DNA of 64,000 nt from the UHGV virus genome UHGV-0171999; one strand, 5' to 3'. The notes below the pieces were generated by a model. The model saw only the letters and a list, made by a program, of their open reading frames with translations, was not told the origin of the DNA and searched no databases. Position numbers and translations under genes: made by a program. This document shows positions 9,862-27,850 of the stretch, in pieces (the stretch's first letter is position 1; the number at the start of each line of letters is the position of its first letter). This DNA is from a virus.

Positions 9862-11145
9862 TTATTCATCGACGATAATTTTTGGTAGCTTAACACCTAA
9901 TAAAACAGACAAATCTGAACGACCCGCCATTTTATCCATGTCTCCACCATCAATTATTCTTGCTTCTTTTTCATCTTTTGCTACAGTGTAAGGATTTGCA
10001 GATAAAGCATATCTAACCAATAAACCGATAGATGGTTGTAAGCTTTCTGGATCAACTACAACTTTAAATGCACCTACATGTTCAGGGTCATCTAAGTCAA
10101 GACCTTCTGTATACGGAGCATAGAAAATTGATCCGACAATTTCTTTTTCACCGATATTTTCTACTACACCAACGATTACATAATCTAATGGGCTGTTAGT
10201 ATCGCAATAAAGCGGTAAGCCATTAGCTAAGAACCCATAGGCATTTTGTGAAAGATATTTGTCATCTTCTGGTTTATGTTTTAACCAACCTGATGCAGCA
10301 AGAATCGCAGCAGCACGAGCTGAAGCAACACAGAACGTTGCTGTATAAGTTGATTCTTTTTGGATATGCGAAACCATTTCACATACCATTCGGTATAATG
10401 AACGACCAGCTTCAGGTGCAGATGCATAACTCAAATCAATGAATCCAGTATCAGTAATTCCTGTAACTTTATAGCGTTTTGACACTGTAATCAAAGACTG
10501 TAGAATATCTTTATTGATTTCATCCGCCATTTCAGTTGCAAGCAAATCTTCCAAGAAATTAGGAGCATCGAATCCATTTGCTTCTAAATCTTGTGCTAAT
10601 TCAACTGTGATGCCAGTTTTAAGCTTACGAGATTTAACTGCGGTTTGCCATTTATTAATCTGGAATCTAGCATCCGCAATTTCACTATCAGAGCTTTCAA
10701 ATTTGCTTGTTGACGCTGCGTCAGAAAATAGACGAACCTTTAAAAGAACAATTGCAATCTGAAGAGCTAATTCTAAATCGCTTTCTTCAATGGTAGCAAA
10801 TGGTGTATCTTCTAATACTTTATAAACGATATTATTATATTTGAATAAATCGCCTTTATTGAGAGTTAATTTAGACTCTTCTGTTAATTCTGTGATTTGT
10901 TCTCGGTCTACATATCCAGCTTCGCCGGCGTAAGTAGCACCAGTTTTAAACGTAAATTCGTTATCTGGGTTAAGGTATTTGATACCATAAAAAGCAGCAA
11001 CAGGTTGATTAGTTCTTTGCGTTGCTACAATGTCAGAATATATTAATTTAGTGGTAGCGCGAGTCAAAGCAACGAGATTTGGGCGACCGATTGAGTTGCT
11101 ATTCGTTGTGGTTGATTCGCGCAGAAGTTCGTTGATTTTAGCCAT
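9862..11145 (-). CDS. 24: capsid vertex protein gp24
   Basis: 427 aa, ATG verified, paralog-like similarity to gp23, synteny. Confidence 0.9.
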   Translation of the reverse strand: MAKINELLRESTTTNSNSIGRPNLVALTRATTKLIYSDIVATQRTNQPVAAFYGIKYLNPDNEFTFKTGATYAGEAGYVDREQITELTEESKLTLNKGDLFKYNNIVYKVLEDTPFATIEESDLELALQIAIVLLKVRLFSDAASTSKFESSDSEIADARFQINKWQTAVKSRKLKTGITVELAQDLEANGFDAPNFLEDLLATEMADEINKDILQSLITVSKRYKVTGITDTGFIDLSYASAPEAGRSLYRMVCEMVSHIQKESTYTATFCVASARAAAILAASGWLKHKPEDDKYLSQNAYGFLANGLPLYCDTNSPLDYVIVGVVENIGEKEIVGSIFYAPYTEGLDLDDPEHVGAFKVVVDPESLQPSIGLLVRYALSANPYTVAKDEKEARIIDGGDMDKMAGRSDLSVLLGVKLPKIIVDE

Positions 11146-11172
11146 TGCGCTTTCCTTTTGGTTTATATGATT

Positions 11173-11180
11173 TATTTATA
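11173..11180 (-). promoter_or_regulatory. late promoter core TATAAATA for gene 24
   Basis: Plus-strand TATTTATA 28 nt upstream of the gp24 ATG. Confidence 0.55.
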
Positions 11181-11196
11181 CCATAAAAACAACTAA

Positions 11197-11214
11197 AGGG
11201 ACCCGAAGGTCCCT
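11197..11214 (-). terminator. terminator hairpin after gene 23
   Basis: AGGGACC-CGAA-GGTCCCT hairpin; T-rich on the minus strand downstream. Confidence 0.6.
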
Positions 11215-11228
11215 TAAATCGTCAAAGA

Positions 11229-12794
11229 TTAGATACCTTTAACATATACACGGCGGAAGTAAGCGTTTTTACCAAGGCTATTCAGAATAGAAGGCATACC
11301 GCTCTGAATGCGAGAAGCCGGAGCCTGAGCAGCGGATTCTGCAAATGGGTTGATACCGATACCGTAACGAGTTTTGAATCCCATTACTGGTTGGAAGTTC
11401 TTCGGATCGGAACCACGCAGCGGAGTCAGAGCTACATATGGAGCGTAGTAAATACCAGCATCCATTTCGTTCGGACCTTTATAACCTACAGTGAAATAAT
11501 CCTGTTTAGCATACTGGTCGATATATACACGGTATTTACCACCCAGAACACCAGCAAATACCGACTTGGTAGTATCAGTGTTAAAGCCGGTAGCCAGACC
11601 CTGTGCAGCATAAGAAATGCCGGTATCAACTGAAGCCAGAACGTTAACTACGTTACGGGAAGCGATAATGAAGTTACCTTCACCACGACCGGTCTGACGA
11701 GCAATTTCAACTGCTTCTTTGTCAATCTGGAACAACAGAGCTTTAAAGGATTCACCTGCCCAGCGAGCACCACGAATATCGATTGGGTCCTGGAAGTCAA
11801 ATACACCAGCTTTAGAACCCGGAGTCAGGGTCATACCAGATTTACCAACCTGAGCTGAGTAGTTAATCCAATCAACAACTTCACGGTTGATTTCCAGCAT
11901 GATTTCGGTAGCCAGAATACCAGACAGTTCAGCATCAGCATCCATACCGTGAACAGCGCGGAGGTCTTGTGCTAATTCGATAGAGTAAGCAGCTTTCAGC
12001 TGGCGAGATTTAGCTTCGATAACTTGTTTATCGATACGGAAGCCCATTTCATTCCATGGGTTATCGGTAGAACCGTTGAAACTTTCCTGAAGTTCAGCAA
12101 TAGAAGTAGCCATACCTTCAGCGATTTCTACCAGTACACCAGCTTCCATTTGTTTCTTAATTTCAGCATCTAATTTGTCTGCGTCAGATGCGCCTGAATC
12201 AATTTGTTTAGCTGCTGTAGCTTGCAGATATACAGTACCAGTGTCCTGGAAGAAGTGGGTGTAAATAGTTCCAACTTCAAGAGTATCACTTGCTTTCAAA
12301 GCAGCGAATTTCTTAGCAGCACCCTGACCAGAGAACATTGCATCTGGACCATACATTGGGTGGAATGCTTCTTTAGCGCCGGCAGCGATTGGGTCTTTAC
12401 CATATACTGCGCGCAGTGCGAATACCTGACCGGTCGGACTGTTCATCGGCTGAACACCGCAAATATCGAAAGCAATCAGGTTAGGAATAGCACGACGTAC
12501 CATACCCATAACAGCTGGGCCAATCTGAGTTACTGCGCCAGAAGTCTGACCAGCAGCGATGTTAGTAGCATTGTAACCGTGGTCACCACCGATTTCAGCT
12601 TCTGTTAAGAAAGAACCGAACGCCTGAGCGATTTTTTCGTCTTTGTACTCTGGAGCTGTCTGGAAATCTTTTTCCTGGTTTTCAAAGATTTTAGCGATAA
12701 TCGCTTGTTTGCTATTAGCAATTTCCGGTAAACCTTCACCTTCCAGTAATGGCTTCCATTTGTTCAAAAGTTCAGCTTTAGTTTTGATAGTCAT
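11229..12794 (-). CDS. 23: major capsid protein gp23
   Basis: 521 aa, MTIKTKAELLNKWKPLLEGEG...; length and sequence as T4 gp23. Confidence 0.95.
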   Translation of the reverse strand: MTIKTKAELLNKWKPLLEGEGLPEIANSKQAIIAKIFENQEKDFQTAPEYKDEKIAQAFGSFLTEAEIGGDHGYNATNIAAGQTSGAVTQIGPAVMGMVRRAIPNLIAFDICGVQPMNSPTGQVFALRAVYGKDPIAAGAKEAFHPMYGPDAMFSGQGAAKKFAALKASDTLEVGTIYTHFFQDTGTVYLQATAAKQIDSGASDADKLDAEIKKQMEAGVLVEIAEGMATSIAELQESFNGSTDNPWNEMGFRIDKQVIEAKSRQLKAAYSIELAQDLRAVHGMDADAELSGILATEIMLEINREVVDWINYSAQVGKSGMTLTPGSKAGVFDFQDPIDIRGARWAGESFKALLFQIDKEAVEIARQTGRGEGNFIIASRNVVNVLASVDTGISYAAQGLATGFNTDTTKSVFAGVLGGKYRVYIDQYAKQDYFTVGYKGPNEMDAGIYYAPYVALTPLRGSDPKNFQPVMGFKTRYGIGINPFAESAAQAPASRIQSGMPSILNSLGKNAYFRRVYVKGI

Positions 12795-12812
12795 TTGTGT
12801 TAACCTTTAAAA

Positions 12813-13622
12813 TTAGAAACGAGATGCGACTTTCGCATATACACTTACAATATCTTCTGCACCAGGTGCAGCTTTATCTTCTACAGCTTCAGTGACGAAA
12901 TTCAGTCCGGCTGCTTCAGTATCAGGAGTATTTATACCCTCAGTAATAGTGCTTTCATCTTTATTAGACTTCTTCACCATTTCTACGATGGCACTCAATT
13001 TATTTGAGAATTCATCTGAATAATCCATACCTTCGACCAGAGCAGAGACTTTTTCTTTTTGAGACTCAGTCAGATCTTTAGTACTTTCGCTCAATGCCAC
13101 TTCACGCTGCACATAATTGATATATGCGTCACGCTTATTGAGTTCTTCGAACAGACGAGCTGATTCTTCTTTATGTTCTTGCAGCTCTTCTTCCATTTCA
13201 GCTACAACATCAACTGATTCTTCTGGAACAACAACGTTGTGTTCAACAAAGAGCTCTTTTAATCCACCAAGCATGGATTCAAACAGTTCGGCTTTGATGC
13301 CTTTATCAACTGCTAATTTATTTTCAGCGAGCCATTCTTTCGCAAGATGGTCGATGAATTTAGAAGCTTGCTCAGCGATTTTCTTCTCAGCTTTTTCTTC
13401 GGCTTCTTCTTTATTTTTTTCTACTTCTTCTTCTGCTTTTTCAGCAATTTTAGCGATATGAGATTCAGCTAATTTAACGGCGTGCTGCTTGACGGTAGCT
13501 TCGAATACAGTGCCGAAAGTTTCTTTTGCTTCCGGAGAAATATTAACTGATTCGAAAATACTATCAAGAGCAACGGAAGCATCAATTTTTTGCGCTTCAG
13601 CAATCAGTTGTTCTTTAAGCAT
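12813..13622 (-). CDS. 22: prohead core scaffold protein gp22
   Basis: 269 aa, highly acidic coiled-coil-like, synteny. Confidence 0.9.
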   Translation of the reverse strand: MLKEQLIAEAQKIDASVALDSIFESVNISPEAKETFGTVFEATVKQHAVKLAESHIAKIAEKAEEEVEKNKEEAEEKAEKKIAEQASKFIDHLAKEWLAENKLAVDKGIKAELFESMLGGLKELFVEHNVVVPEESVDVVAEMEEELQEHKEESARLFEELNKRDAYINYVQREVALSESTKDLTESQKEKVSALVEGMDYSDEFSNKLSAIVEMVKKSNKDESTITEGINTPDTEAAGLNFVTEAVEDKAAPGAEDIVSVYAKVASRF

Positions 13623-13649
13623 TTTGTAGTCCTGTTGTTTAGATAATAA

Positions 13650-13657
13650 TATTTATA
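13650..13657 (-). promoter_or_regulatory. late promoter core TATAAATA for gene 22
   Basis: Plus-strand TATTTATA 28 nt upstream of the gp22 ATG. Confidence 0.5.
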
Positions 13658-14291
13658 ACGCTTTTTTCATGGCCTCTGCGAGAGCCATATAGGCGTCATC
13701 GGCACTTGTATCGGCTTCCGCCGTCTGTGATTCGGTAATTTCCTTAGGAGTTACCCATGCATCTGGAGCACTTGGACCCCATACTGCATCAACACCTACA
13801 GTTAATTTGAATCCTTCGTTTACGATACGATAACCTTTATTTGTGTCAGTCAATGAACCTAATCCACGAGAAGAAACTCCTGGAATCCATCCGGCACGAA
13901 TATTAGCTGCTAATTTATCTCCAGGACCGTGGTCACCTTCAATAACACGAGCTCGTCCGTATACGTCATTTCCTTTCCACCACATATCTTCTATAATGAT
14001 AGCGGCTTGCATCGGGTCAACATTAGCGCGTGGAGGATGATTTAATTCTCCGAGAGCTTGTTTAGTTAAAACTTGCTCATTGATATAGTCTTTTACCGCT
14101 TTTTCTAATATGCGTTTTGGATAAAGACGTTTATTTCTATTGACGACTTCCGCTTGCATGAATATTCCTTCGATGTATAAACCCGGTTTTAAACCTAAGT
14201 CTTTTCCATCATGGGATTCAAGCATTGGCACACCATCAATAATTTCGCCAGGTTGACCCCAAGTTTCAATTAGTAATTGGGGTTCATTCAT
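13653..14291 (-). CDS. 21: prohead core protease gp21
   Basis: 212 aa, synteny between 68 and 22. Confidence 0.9.
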   Translation of the reverse strand: MNEPQLLIETWGQPGEIIDGVPMLESHDGKDLGLKPGLYIEGIFMQAEVVNRNKRLYPKRILEKAVKDYINEQVLTKQALGELNHPPRANVDPMQAAIIIEDMWWKGNDVYGRARVIEGDHGPGDKLAANIRAGWIPGVSSRGLGSLTDTNKGYRIVNEGFKLTVGVDAVWGPSAPDAWVTPKEITESQTAEADTSADDAYMALAEAMKKAL

Positions 14292-14716
14292 TAGCTTAAT
14301 CCTAATGCTTTACGGCGTTTAAGAGCTTTTTTACGCTTACGCTGAGCACGAGATTGACCTGCTGGATTGGCAATCTTCGTTTTGGTAGCTTTGCGAGCAA
14401 TTTGTCTACGTTTTGCTTTAGACAGCCCGGTGGTTTGAAATGCATTACGTTCACGCGTCTTGCGGTCTTTAGTACGTGTAATTTCACCACGGGCAGAAAC
14501 ATGTTTAACGATGAATTCATTTAGCGGCATATCTTCATTAATAGAAGCTAATGCAATCGCTAAATCAGTTTCATCATCAAGCATATTCTCGACAATTGTA
14601 TTTATATCGTCTTTATTTAAAGCAGAAGACAATTCGTCGAAGCGACCCTGTGCTTCAGGAATAAGTGCTTCGACATTCTCGAGAACTAATTCATGAGTTT
14701 CAGGGATCAGAAGCAT
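14291..14716 (-). CDS. 68: prohead core protein gp68
   Basis: 141 aa, basic C-terminus, synteny. Confidence 0.85.
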   Translation of the reverse strand: MLLIPETHELVLENVEALIPEAQGRFDELSSALNKDDINTIVENMLDDETDLAIALASINEDMPLNEFIVKHVSARGEITRTKDRKTRERNAFQTTGLSKAKRRQIARKATKTKIANPAGQSRAQRKRKKALKRRKALGLS

Positions 14717-14960
14717 TATTCATCATCCTCGTCTTCGTCATCTTCGTCAGAGTCTTTGTCTTTTTTGTCGTCTTTATCATCACTATCTTCGTCTTCATCA
14801 TCTTCGTCTTCAGGTTCTTCACCTTCGATTAAGAAATTACGAGCGATAGCGATTTTTTCTTCTTTAATTAAATCAATCGTTCTTGCAGCCATGGCTTCAG
14901 CAAATAATTTACGAGCGGCTACGAGGTCGTTTGATTTAATAGCTTCAATTAAACCTTCCA

Positions 14961-14961
<1 letters not shown>
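14716..14961 (-). CDS. 67: prohead core protein gp67
   Basis: 81 aa with poly-acidic DEDED tail, synteny. Confidence 0.85.
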
Positions 14962-16586
<1,625 letters not shown>

Positions 16587-16595
16587 TTAAGCAGG

Positions 16596-16613
16596 ATGGG
16601 GATTTCTCCCCAT
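16596..16613 (-). terminator. stem-loop after gene 19
   Basis: ATGGGGA-TTTC-TCCCCAT hairpin immediately downstream of the gp19 stop. Confidence 0.4.
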
Positions 16614-16618
16614 TCATT

Positions 16619-17110
16619 TTATTCCCAATAATCGAGAGCGAGAGTTACTTCAAAGGTTTGGATTTCATTGTTTGAATCCCAATCTAATTGAAGTTCACCC
16701 ACGTTAGTAGGCCACAAACCTTTAATTTCGACTTCTTTTGTTACAGTTTTAGCGTCACGAGCATATTGGCGAACAACAGCACTCTTTTTATACTCTGCTG
16801 GTTTTCCACCAGTAATTTCGTTTCCTTGTCCAGCAGCAATGCTTTGCCAGTCAACAAACTTCTGGCGTGCATCATGCGCCTCATCATTCATTACTGTAAT
16901 AGTCCAGTCATCGAATGTACGATCGCCTGCTACGTTAATTTTACGGTTCATAAACCCGACTGGAATTTTTTCTACAATACCAGCTGGTAAAGCAGTGGCT
17001 TTGCATTGAAACGTAAAATTTTGTCCAAGATAAGAAATTTCTACTTGGAATAAGTTAGGTCGAGCAAAATCACCAGATTCAAACGCTCGTGTTACATCAT
17101 CTACAAACAT
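16619..17110 (-). CDS. 19: tail tube protein gp19
   Basis: 163 aa, synteny after gp18. Confidence 0.9.
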   Translation of the reverse strand: MFVDDVTRAFESGDFARPNLFQVEISYLGQNFTFQCKATALPAGIVEKIPVGFMNRKINVAGDRTFDDWTITVMNDEAHDARQKFVDWQSIAAGQGNEITGGKPAEYKKSAVVRQYARDAKTVTKEVEIKGLWPTNVGELQLDWDSNNEIQTFEVTLALDYWE

Positions 17111-17183
17111 ATTAGCCTCTGTAGTATTTATATCCCTATGTTTAACCTAGGGCATATAGAATTAAAGAATTAAGGATATAGTG

Positions 17184-17191
17184 TATTTATA
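17184..17191 (-). promoter_or_regulatory. late promoter core TATAAATA upstream of gene 19 (second copy at 17125-17132)
   Basis: Two plus-strand TATTTATA motifs between genes 18 and 19. Confidence 0.5.
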
Positions 17192-17192
17192 T

Positions 17193-17210
17193 GGCCTGCC
17201 GAAACAGGCC
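17193..17210 (-). terminator. stem-loop after gene 18
   Basis: GGCCTG-CCGAAA-CAGGCC hairpin just downstream of the gp18 stop. Confidence 0.45.
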
Positions 17211-17226
17211 TTTAGAATGCACCGTA

Positions 17227-19206
17227 TTAACCTGCAAGACCAGTTAACTCATCGAAATCTGCACCAGTAGCAGTTGCTACGAAGTTCAAGGTAATGTAGT
17301 TAATGCTTCTAGCCGGTTGGATGTAGAATGTTGCAACAAACTCATTTCTATCAATTACTGACGGAGTGTTATTTGTTGTATCGCAAACTACACGATATTC
17401 ATAAATTCCACCGAGAGCTTTAATTCCCTGCAAGTACTGGGCAGTTTCTGTGCGGAATGATGAACGAGTAAACGCGTTGTTTAATTCGAATAAACGATAT
17501 TTTGAACTGCGTCCGATATTCGTTTTTAACATATTAAACAGACGACGAACGTTAATACGATCAAATGGAGAAGGAACAGAAGTAGCTGTTTTATCACCAT
17601 ACAATACGTAACCATCACCACCTGTACCAGTTACTGGGTTGATAGCTTCTTGGTATAAACGGTCGCGCTGCGCCTGGCGAGTTTCAATAGCAAGTTTAAT
17701 AACGTTAAGAATCTGGCCACGATTATAACCAGCTGGAGACATCCAAGTATGAGAAACGTTATCAGTTCTTGCGCATAAACCAGCAATATCAGCTGCTAAT
17801 GGAACCCAACGATTCACATCATTATATTTGTCATACTGATACTTGTAGTTACCATCAATTGCTGCGTAGGTTGAACTGATATTAAAGTTATTATCAGTGT
17901 ATGAACCTGATGCGGTTCTCCAATTGACTAAGTTGTCAACAGCACGAGTTACAGGAATTCCAACTACAGTTTCACGCGGTGGTGAGCACAATACTAAGCA
18001 ATCCTGGCGAGCATCCCCAATTGAAACGACGTGTTTTTGGACAGTAGATGCTGTTTCTAAAGATTCGCCGGCACAAGAACCCGCAATAAACAACTGAACA
18101 TCAACAGATTCACGGTCAGCAAAGAAGTCCCAAGCTTCCATCAAATCTCCTGCTGTTACTTCAGCATTTGATGATAATCCACCAGACAGAGTTAAAATTC
18201 CAGAGAAGCCTTCTGGCCAGTTTTGTGCAGTTGCGAAAATATATTCTGAACCGCCTTTTGCGAAAAAGTCATCAATATAGATGTTACTATCGTAAATATC
18301 TTTTTCACCACGCTTTGTTGAAAGAACAACGCTTTGAACAATAGCATCATTGCGACGAACTATAATAGCGTATTGTGAATCAGTTTGTGGTCCATATCCA
18401 AACACTGCTTTGGCAGTAGATGCGCGTGTTCCGCCACCTGGATAAATTGGGAGTAATGCAGAAGCCCCTTTTGTGTAGTCAGCTTTAGATACGATTTCAA
18501 TTTCAATTTTATCGCCCAACTCACCTGGATAAAGAGCTACTACTCCTGGAATTCCATATTTTTCGAGATTTGTTTGAAATTCAACAGCTGTCATAGCAGC
18601 TTCGGCATTTTCAATTTCAGCTAATAAAATACCAGAATCAGTAATAATTTTTCCAAGAGTTATTACTGCAGCTAAACCAGAGGAAGACGAAGAAATTTCC
18701 GCGGTCCAGTTAGAACCTAATTCTGGATATTCGCCTACTTCTTTCGCTTTAGCGATAATTTTTGCAGTAGGAATATTAATTTTCTTAATTTTTCCATCAG
18801 CATCTACTTCGGTAACTTTACATTCTGTTTCAATGTCTTCTGAAACATACTTAACCGTGATTTTATCTCCAACCGCGTAGTTACTACCTGGGGTAGAAAT
18901 AGTGTATTCAATATTACCGGCAATTGGAGATGAGTTTTTAGCGGTATCTCTATCGACAGCACGCACAACTCGCAAATCATTTCCGTATTGTAAGAAATTC
19001 ATTGCAGACATAAAATAGTCAGCAGTTTCAGCTGTAGGTTGACCAAAAGTATTAACTAAATCTACTTCGTTTGTAACCTGTTTAATTTGAAAAGCAGGAC
19101 CCCACTGGAATTTACCGGCCAGAGCTGCTGTACCAGTAGAGTTATTAACCACGGTGCTTTGAACCGTAGTTTCTTTGAGCTCAATGCCCGGAGATAATAA
19201 AGTCAT
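17227..19206 (-). CDS. 18: tail sheath protein gp18
   Basis: 659 aa, MTLLSPGIELKETTVQS..., length as T4 gp18. Confidence 0.95.
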   Translation of the reverse strand: MTLLSPGIELKETTVQSTVVNNSTGTAALAGKFQWGPAFQIKQVTNEVDLVNTFGQPTAETADYFMSAMNFLQYGNDLRVVRAVDRDTAKNSSPIAGNIEYTISTPGSNYAVGDKITVKYVSEDIETECKVTEVDADGKIKKINIPTAKIIAKAKEVGEYPELGSNWTAEISSSSSGLAAVITLGKIITDSGILLAEIENAEAAMTAVEFQTNLEKYGIPGVVALYPGELGDKIEIEIVSKADYTKGASALLPIYPGGGTRASTAKAVFGYGPQTDSQYAIIVRRNDAIVQSVVLSTKRGEKDIYDSNIYIDDFFAKGGSEYIFATAQNWPEGFSGILTLSGGLSSNAEVTAGDLMEAWDFFADRESVDVQLFIAGSCAGESLETASTVQKHVVSIGDARQDCLVLCSPPRETVVGIPVTRAVDNLVNWRTASGSYTDNNFNISSTYAAIDGNYKYQYDKYNDVNRWVPLAADIAGLCARTDNVSHTWMSPAGYNRGQILNVIKLAIETRQAQRDRLYQEAINPVTGTGGDGYVLYGDKTATSVPSPFDRINVRRLFNMLKTNIGRSSKYRLFELNNAFTRSSFRTETAQYLQGIKALGGIYEYRVVCDTTNNTPSVIDRNEFVATFYIQPARSINYITLNFVATATGADFDELTGLAG

Positions 19207-19234
19207 TTTTAATCCTCTTTAATATGCTTTAATA

Positions 19235-22375
<3,141 letters not shown>

Positions 22376-22416
22376 GATTTCTCCTAATCTGGGCTTTAAT
22401 TAGTTTATAATATTTA

Positions 22417-24118
<1,702 letters not shown>

Positions 24119-24131
24119 TTAAAAATCCTTT

Positions 24132-24147
24132 GGGGCCTTGCGGCCCC
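24132..24147 (-). terminator. terminator hairpin after wac
   Basis: GGGGCC-TTGC-GGCCCC hairpin followed by T-run on the minus strand. Confidence 0.55.
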
Positions 24148-24150
24148 ATG

Positions 24151-25614
24151 TTATGCTGGTGATAAAAAGGTAGAAAGTAATACCCATTCGCCGTCTTTAC
24201 GAACGTAAGCTTGACCATCTTTCGGAGCTTCAGGAATATAACCTGCTTCTTGTAGAGCTTGAACATCACCTTGCAGAGAAGATATACTACCTTTGGCTGT
24301 ATTCACTTCTTGTGTAACTGATGCGATGTTAGTTTCGTTAGCTTTTATTGAATTGGTTAATCCGCGTTCTTCGACTGTTGAACCATTTGGATTAGTTCCA
24401 TTTACTAAAGTATTTAAAGCTACAACTTGCCCTTTAATTCCTGTGCTGTTATTCCCAATCTCTACTTGCAGGTTTTGAACATCGTTATTCAAGCCTGAAA
24501 CAGAAGTTTCAATTGTAGAAACTCGGTTTAAAAGAGACCCAGGAGGAGACGGTTGTCCACCGCTAGAATCAGTTCCAACAATTTGGTTTAACCATGAAAC
24601 ATTCGCTCTTAAACCAGATGAAGTGTTTTCACCGACGATTCCATTTAGAACTTCGATTGAAGTTGTATTATCTTTAATTTGTCCTTTAATACTCGAAGGA
24701 ATATCATCTGAACCGATAGAAGTTTCTATAGCGGTTAAACGCTGTTTAATACCTCCACTTTGATTTAGCTCTAAATTAATAGATGCAATATTATCAGTGT
24801 TTGTATTAACACTCGTAATAATCGAATTATTTCCTGGATATCCTATTGAGGTCTTAATAGCACTAATGTCAGACTCAACTGTTGTCTGTTTAGTGTCAAT
24901 TTCATTTAAACGACTATAAACAGTTTGAGAAAATGACGGCGGTTTCGGTCCAAGCTCTTCACGAAGATTGCCAACTTCAATAGTCAAAGAACCTACATCA
25001 GATTCAATAAATTTTGTTTCTAATTCGCTTAAACGTATTCCCTGTGAAGTAATGACATCAGTATTATTAATAATACGATGCTTCATTCCAGTACTAGGAT
25101 TTCCTACAACAGGAAGACCATTAATATCTTGACCCGTGTATTGACCTAATTCACGTTTAATCCACAGTAAATCATTTCTGATCGTTCTATATACAGAGTT
25201 GGCCTCAGAGTTAAATGGACCAATATCAGCAAGAATGCTGTCAACCGTACTATTAGTTCCATTTAATATTTCTGTATGTTCACTGGTTAGCGTTTTAAGG
25301 TCAGAAATATCCTTTTTATTGATACTTATTTGAGCCAAAGCTTCAATATCACCAGATACATCTAAGATGCCCTGAATTGTTTTAATATCACTATTTGCGG
25401 TTTCTAAAGATGTTTTAAGTATTCCAATGTTTTTATCGAGAACTTCAACATTTCTTAGTACAGAAACTGTAGGTCTATTCATTGAACCTTCACTTCCATA
25501 CTGTGTGTCAGCTCCTAAAATTTCTTCGCCGTTTTTAATCCAGGAAATGCGGCTCTGGCCCTCTGCAGGAGGGCCGTCAACGAATGGTAAGTCATTCAGT
25601 ACAATATCTGTCAT
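24151..25614 (-). CDS. wac: fibritin (whisker) neck protein
   Basis: 487 aa, long coiled-coil with heptad repeats, C-terminal foldon-like [27 protein letters not shown]. Confidence 0.95.
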   Translation of the reverse strand: MTDIVLNDLPFVDGPPAEGQSRISWIKNGEEILGADTQYGSEGSMNRPTVSVLRNVEVLDKNIGILKTSLETANSDIKTIQGILDVSGDIEALAQISINKKDISDLKTLTSEHTEILNGTNSTVDSILADIGPFNSEANSVYRTIRNDLLWIKRELGQYTGQDINGLPVVGNPSTGMKHRIINNTDVITSQGIRLSELETKFIESDVGSLTIEVGNLREELGPKPPSFSQTVYSRLNEIDTKQTTVESDISAIKTSIGYPGNNSIITSVNTNTDNIASINLELNQSGGIKQRLTAIETSIGSDDIPSSIKGQIKDNTTSIEVLNGIVGENTSSGLRANVSWLNQIVGTDSSGGQPSPPGSLLNRVSTIETSVSGLNNDVQNLQVEIGNNSTGIKGQVVALNTLVNGTNPNGSTVEERGLTNSIKANETNIASVTQEVNTAKGSISSLQGDVQALQEAGYIPEAPKDGQAYVRKDGEWVLLSTFLSPA

Positions 25615-27194
25615 TCTTTTACCTTAATTATGTAGTTTAAAGAAATGTTCCATGGACGTGTTTCATTTCCAATTAATTCAGGACGATTTAATGTATATCT
25701 GGAATTTCGTTGTGATGCTGGGTCAATTTCATACCCGTCATTAGTGAAGTATGAACGGTTATCCCAGTCAAGTCCTTTACGTGTACCAACAAAATTTGAT
25801 CTACGAGTATTACCGAATGCCCCAGAATCATCCCATTCACCAAATCCGCCAGCATGTTTATGATAAGACATCTGCTGTTTTTGCACTTCGCCAACATATC
25901 CACCGGTACAACCTACACCTAATCTAGGCTTACCAAATTGGTCATTACCATTAACGTTTGGATTTGTTAAGTGAGAGCCACGACCAGAGCCACGAACAAA
26001 AAGACCACGCATATCAGGTAATCCAGGATTTGATGAGCTTCCGCCGTATCTTGTTCCAATTCTAGAAGCATACAATGGACAATCTGATGCTGAAACAGTT
26101 CCGCCATGACAGAAGCGCCAAGCATCACTAGGAAGGCTATCAGCCGCCCACATCATAATAGCTCCGACAGGAATAGTTCTATCTATTTCATTCTGCGTTA
26201 CAACACGCTTACCTTGAATATAACCACCGGTCATGTTAACTGTTCCGGTAATATTTGCTCCGCCTGAAGCTATTGTGAGCGTATTATTAATGCGAAGTGT
26301 TCCATTAATCGTTTGACCACCTCTTTGGTGGATAACGTCAGCATTCCAAGCTAGTGCTGATGAAGCATCACCTCCGCTCTGTGAACCGGCAGTTGTAGTT
26401 AATTTAACTACGCCTCTCATTGACGTTGTAGAACCACGACCATTAAGAGTTGCGCCAGTAACCGCAACAGAAGCATTATTTGAGTTAACTTCTGATTGCG
26501 TTCCTAATTTAATTACACCCTTATATTCTTCGGTAGCAGTAGAATTCATAAACGTATAAGGAGAAATTGCATAGCCTTCTCTTAAAGTTCCTTGACGAAC
26601 TTGAGCTACTGTCGCTAATTGAACAACACCTTGGGCCGATTCGGTAGCTGTGGTTTCAGAAGGAGCAATTTGTGCAATTAATTTAATAGCTAACTGTTGT
26701 GTTTTTAATGGAGTCATTGCAGTAGTATCATCAGCACCTGCCAGTGCTTGCGGTAGAGATGAAATTTTAATAACTCCATTTGATGATTCAGTTGAAACAC
26801 GGGTTTCAAAGGCGTTATTAAGGGCAACAGTAAATTTAGCAGGAGTTATAGAAGATTCATTATTAACTCCGGCAATCGCTTCATCATTGGTTGAATATCT
26901 TGTTAATCCGTAAACAGTTTCAGTTGCGTTTGGATAAGATAATCTTGTTGCTAACGTTGCTGGTGTAACTGCTTTGGTATTATCAGTTCCGTCGATAACT
27001 TCCTGTTCAGTGGCAAGAAATAAAATTCCCTTTGTTGTTGATGATGCGTCAGGAACTCCATTTACACCAGCAGGAGAAATGGCTGCTATAGCAGCCTGAA
27101 CATCAGTAATCTCTGCTGGAAAATTTGTACCAGTTGGATCAAATTTTACATAGCGAGATTCATTAGAAACGTGTTGATATGTATTATTACTCAT
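25611..27194 (-). CDS. 12: short tail fiber protein gp12
   Basis: 527 aa, synteny and length as T4 gp12. Confidence 0.95.
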   Translation of the reverse strand: MSNNTYQHVSNESRYVKFDPTGTNFPAEITDVQAAIAAISPAGVNGVPDASSTTKGILFLATEQEVIDGTDNTKAVTPATLATRLSYPNATETVYGLTRYSTNDEAIAGVNNESSITPAKFTVALNNAFETRVSTESSNGVIKISSLPQALAGADDTTAMTPLKTQQLAIKLIAQIAPSETTATESAQGVVQLATVAQVRQGTLREGYAISPYTFMNSTATEEYKGVIKLGTQSEVNSNNASVAVTGATLNGRGSTTSMRGVVKLTTTAGSQSGGDASSALAWNADVIHQRGGQTINGTLRINNTLTIASGGANITGTVNMTGGYIQGKRVVTQNEIDRTIPVGAIMMWAADSLPSDAWRFCHGGTVSASDCPLYASRIGTRYGGSSSNPGLPDMRGLFVRGSGRGSHLTNPNVNGNDQFGKPRLGVGCTGGYVGEVQKQQMSYHKHAGGFGEWDDSGAFGNTRRSNFVGTRKGLDWDNRSYFTNDGYEIDPASQRNSRYTLNRPELIGNETRPWNISLNYIIKVKE

Positions 27195-27850
27195 GCTGTT
27201 CTCTCAAAATGATAAAGTACTATTGGAGTTTGCTGATTATCTAAAGTTACAGTTTGTGCACCAAGCAAATTCCATGTGCCATATCCAGGCTTAGATTCGG
27301 AAATAATTTCTTGGGAAATAGTTATTCCATATGTAGAATATGTGCTTAATACATGTTTCTGATTATCTAAATAAGTAACTTCTAATTTACTACCGTCAGT
27401 TGGATGGTCTTTATATGAATTGATAGCAGTAAATGACGCAATAGCTTCTTGCAAGGCAACACGAACTTTGGCGACAAACTCAATAGCTGTCATTCCAGTT
27501 GTTGCTGAAACTGGAAGACCAAATACTAATACAGTAACAGGAGAACCAGGAGGAAGCGAATCATCTGTTACAGTTCCCGAAAATGCCCAATAATCAGTTT
27601 GAGAAACACCCTCAGGAGAAACACCAGTTTTATTAGTAATAATTGTACCAACGTCTTTTATAGAAAAATTATGAACATCATTAATAGCTGATTCTACGTT
27701 TGGTTCATAAAATCCTTTCGCTAATTGAGAAATTGTCACTGACCCAACCGATTGACGATTCATTACATCGATGTCGCCAGTTTTAGGTCTAAAACCAAGA
27801 AAATCGGCTAAGCGGGAAATAACTCCCGCTTTATTATTAAGTAAACTCAT
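27191..27850 (-). CDS. 11: baseplate wedge and short-tail-fiber connector gp11
   Basis: 219 aa from ATG at 27850 ([10 protein letters not shown]...), overlapping gp10 stop (TAATG); ORF-track start 27868 is TTG. Confidence 0.9.
   Translation of the reverse strand: MSLLNNKAGVISRLADFLGFRPKTGDIDVMNRQSVGSVTISQLAKGFYEPNVESAINDVHNFSIKDVGTIITNKTGVSPEGVSQTDYWAFSGTVTDDSLPPGSPVTVLVFGLPVSATTGMTAIEFVAKVRVALQEAIASFTAINSYKDHPTDGSKLEVTYLDNQKHVLSTYSTYGITISQEIISESKPGYGTWNLLGAQTVTLDNQQTPIVLYHFERTA

Noticed and set aside
9862-11145. Several plus-strand ORFs of 60-80 aa inside genes 24, 23, 17, 12, 10, 7 and 5
   Set aside because: All are antisense to confidently assigned structural genes, lack RBS, and have biased composition
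11229-12794. Elevated GC and host-like codon usage in gene 23 as possible horizontal transfer
   Set aside because: The major capsid gene is very highly expressed and is expected to show translationally optimised codons; the protein is the canonical gp23
13117-13461. Plus-strand Ser-rich 114-aa ORF
   Set aside because: Antisense to the acidic coiled-coil region of gp22; low complexity and fully embedded in a known gene
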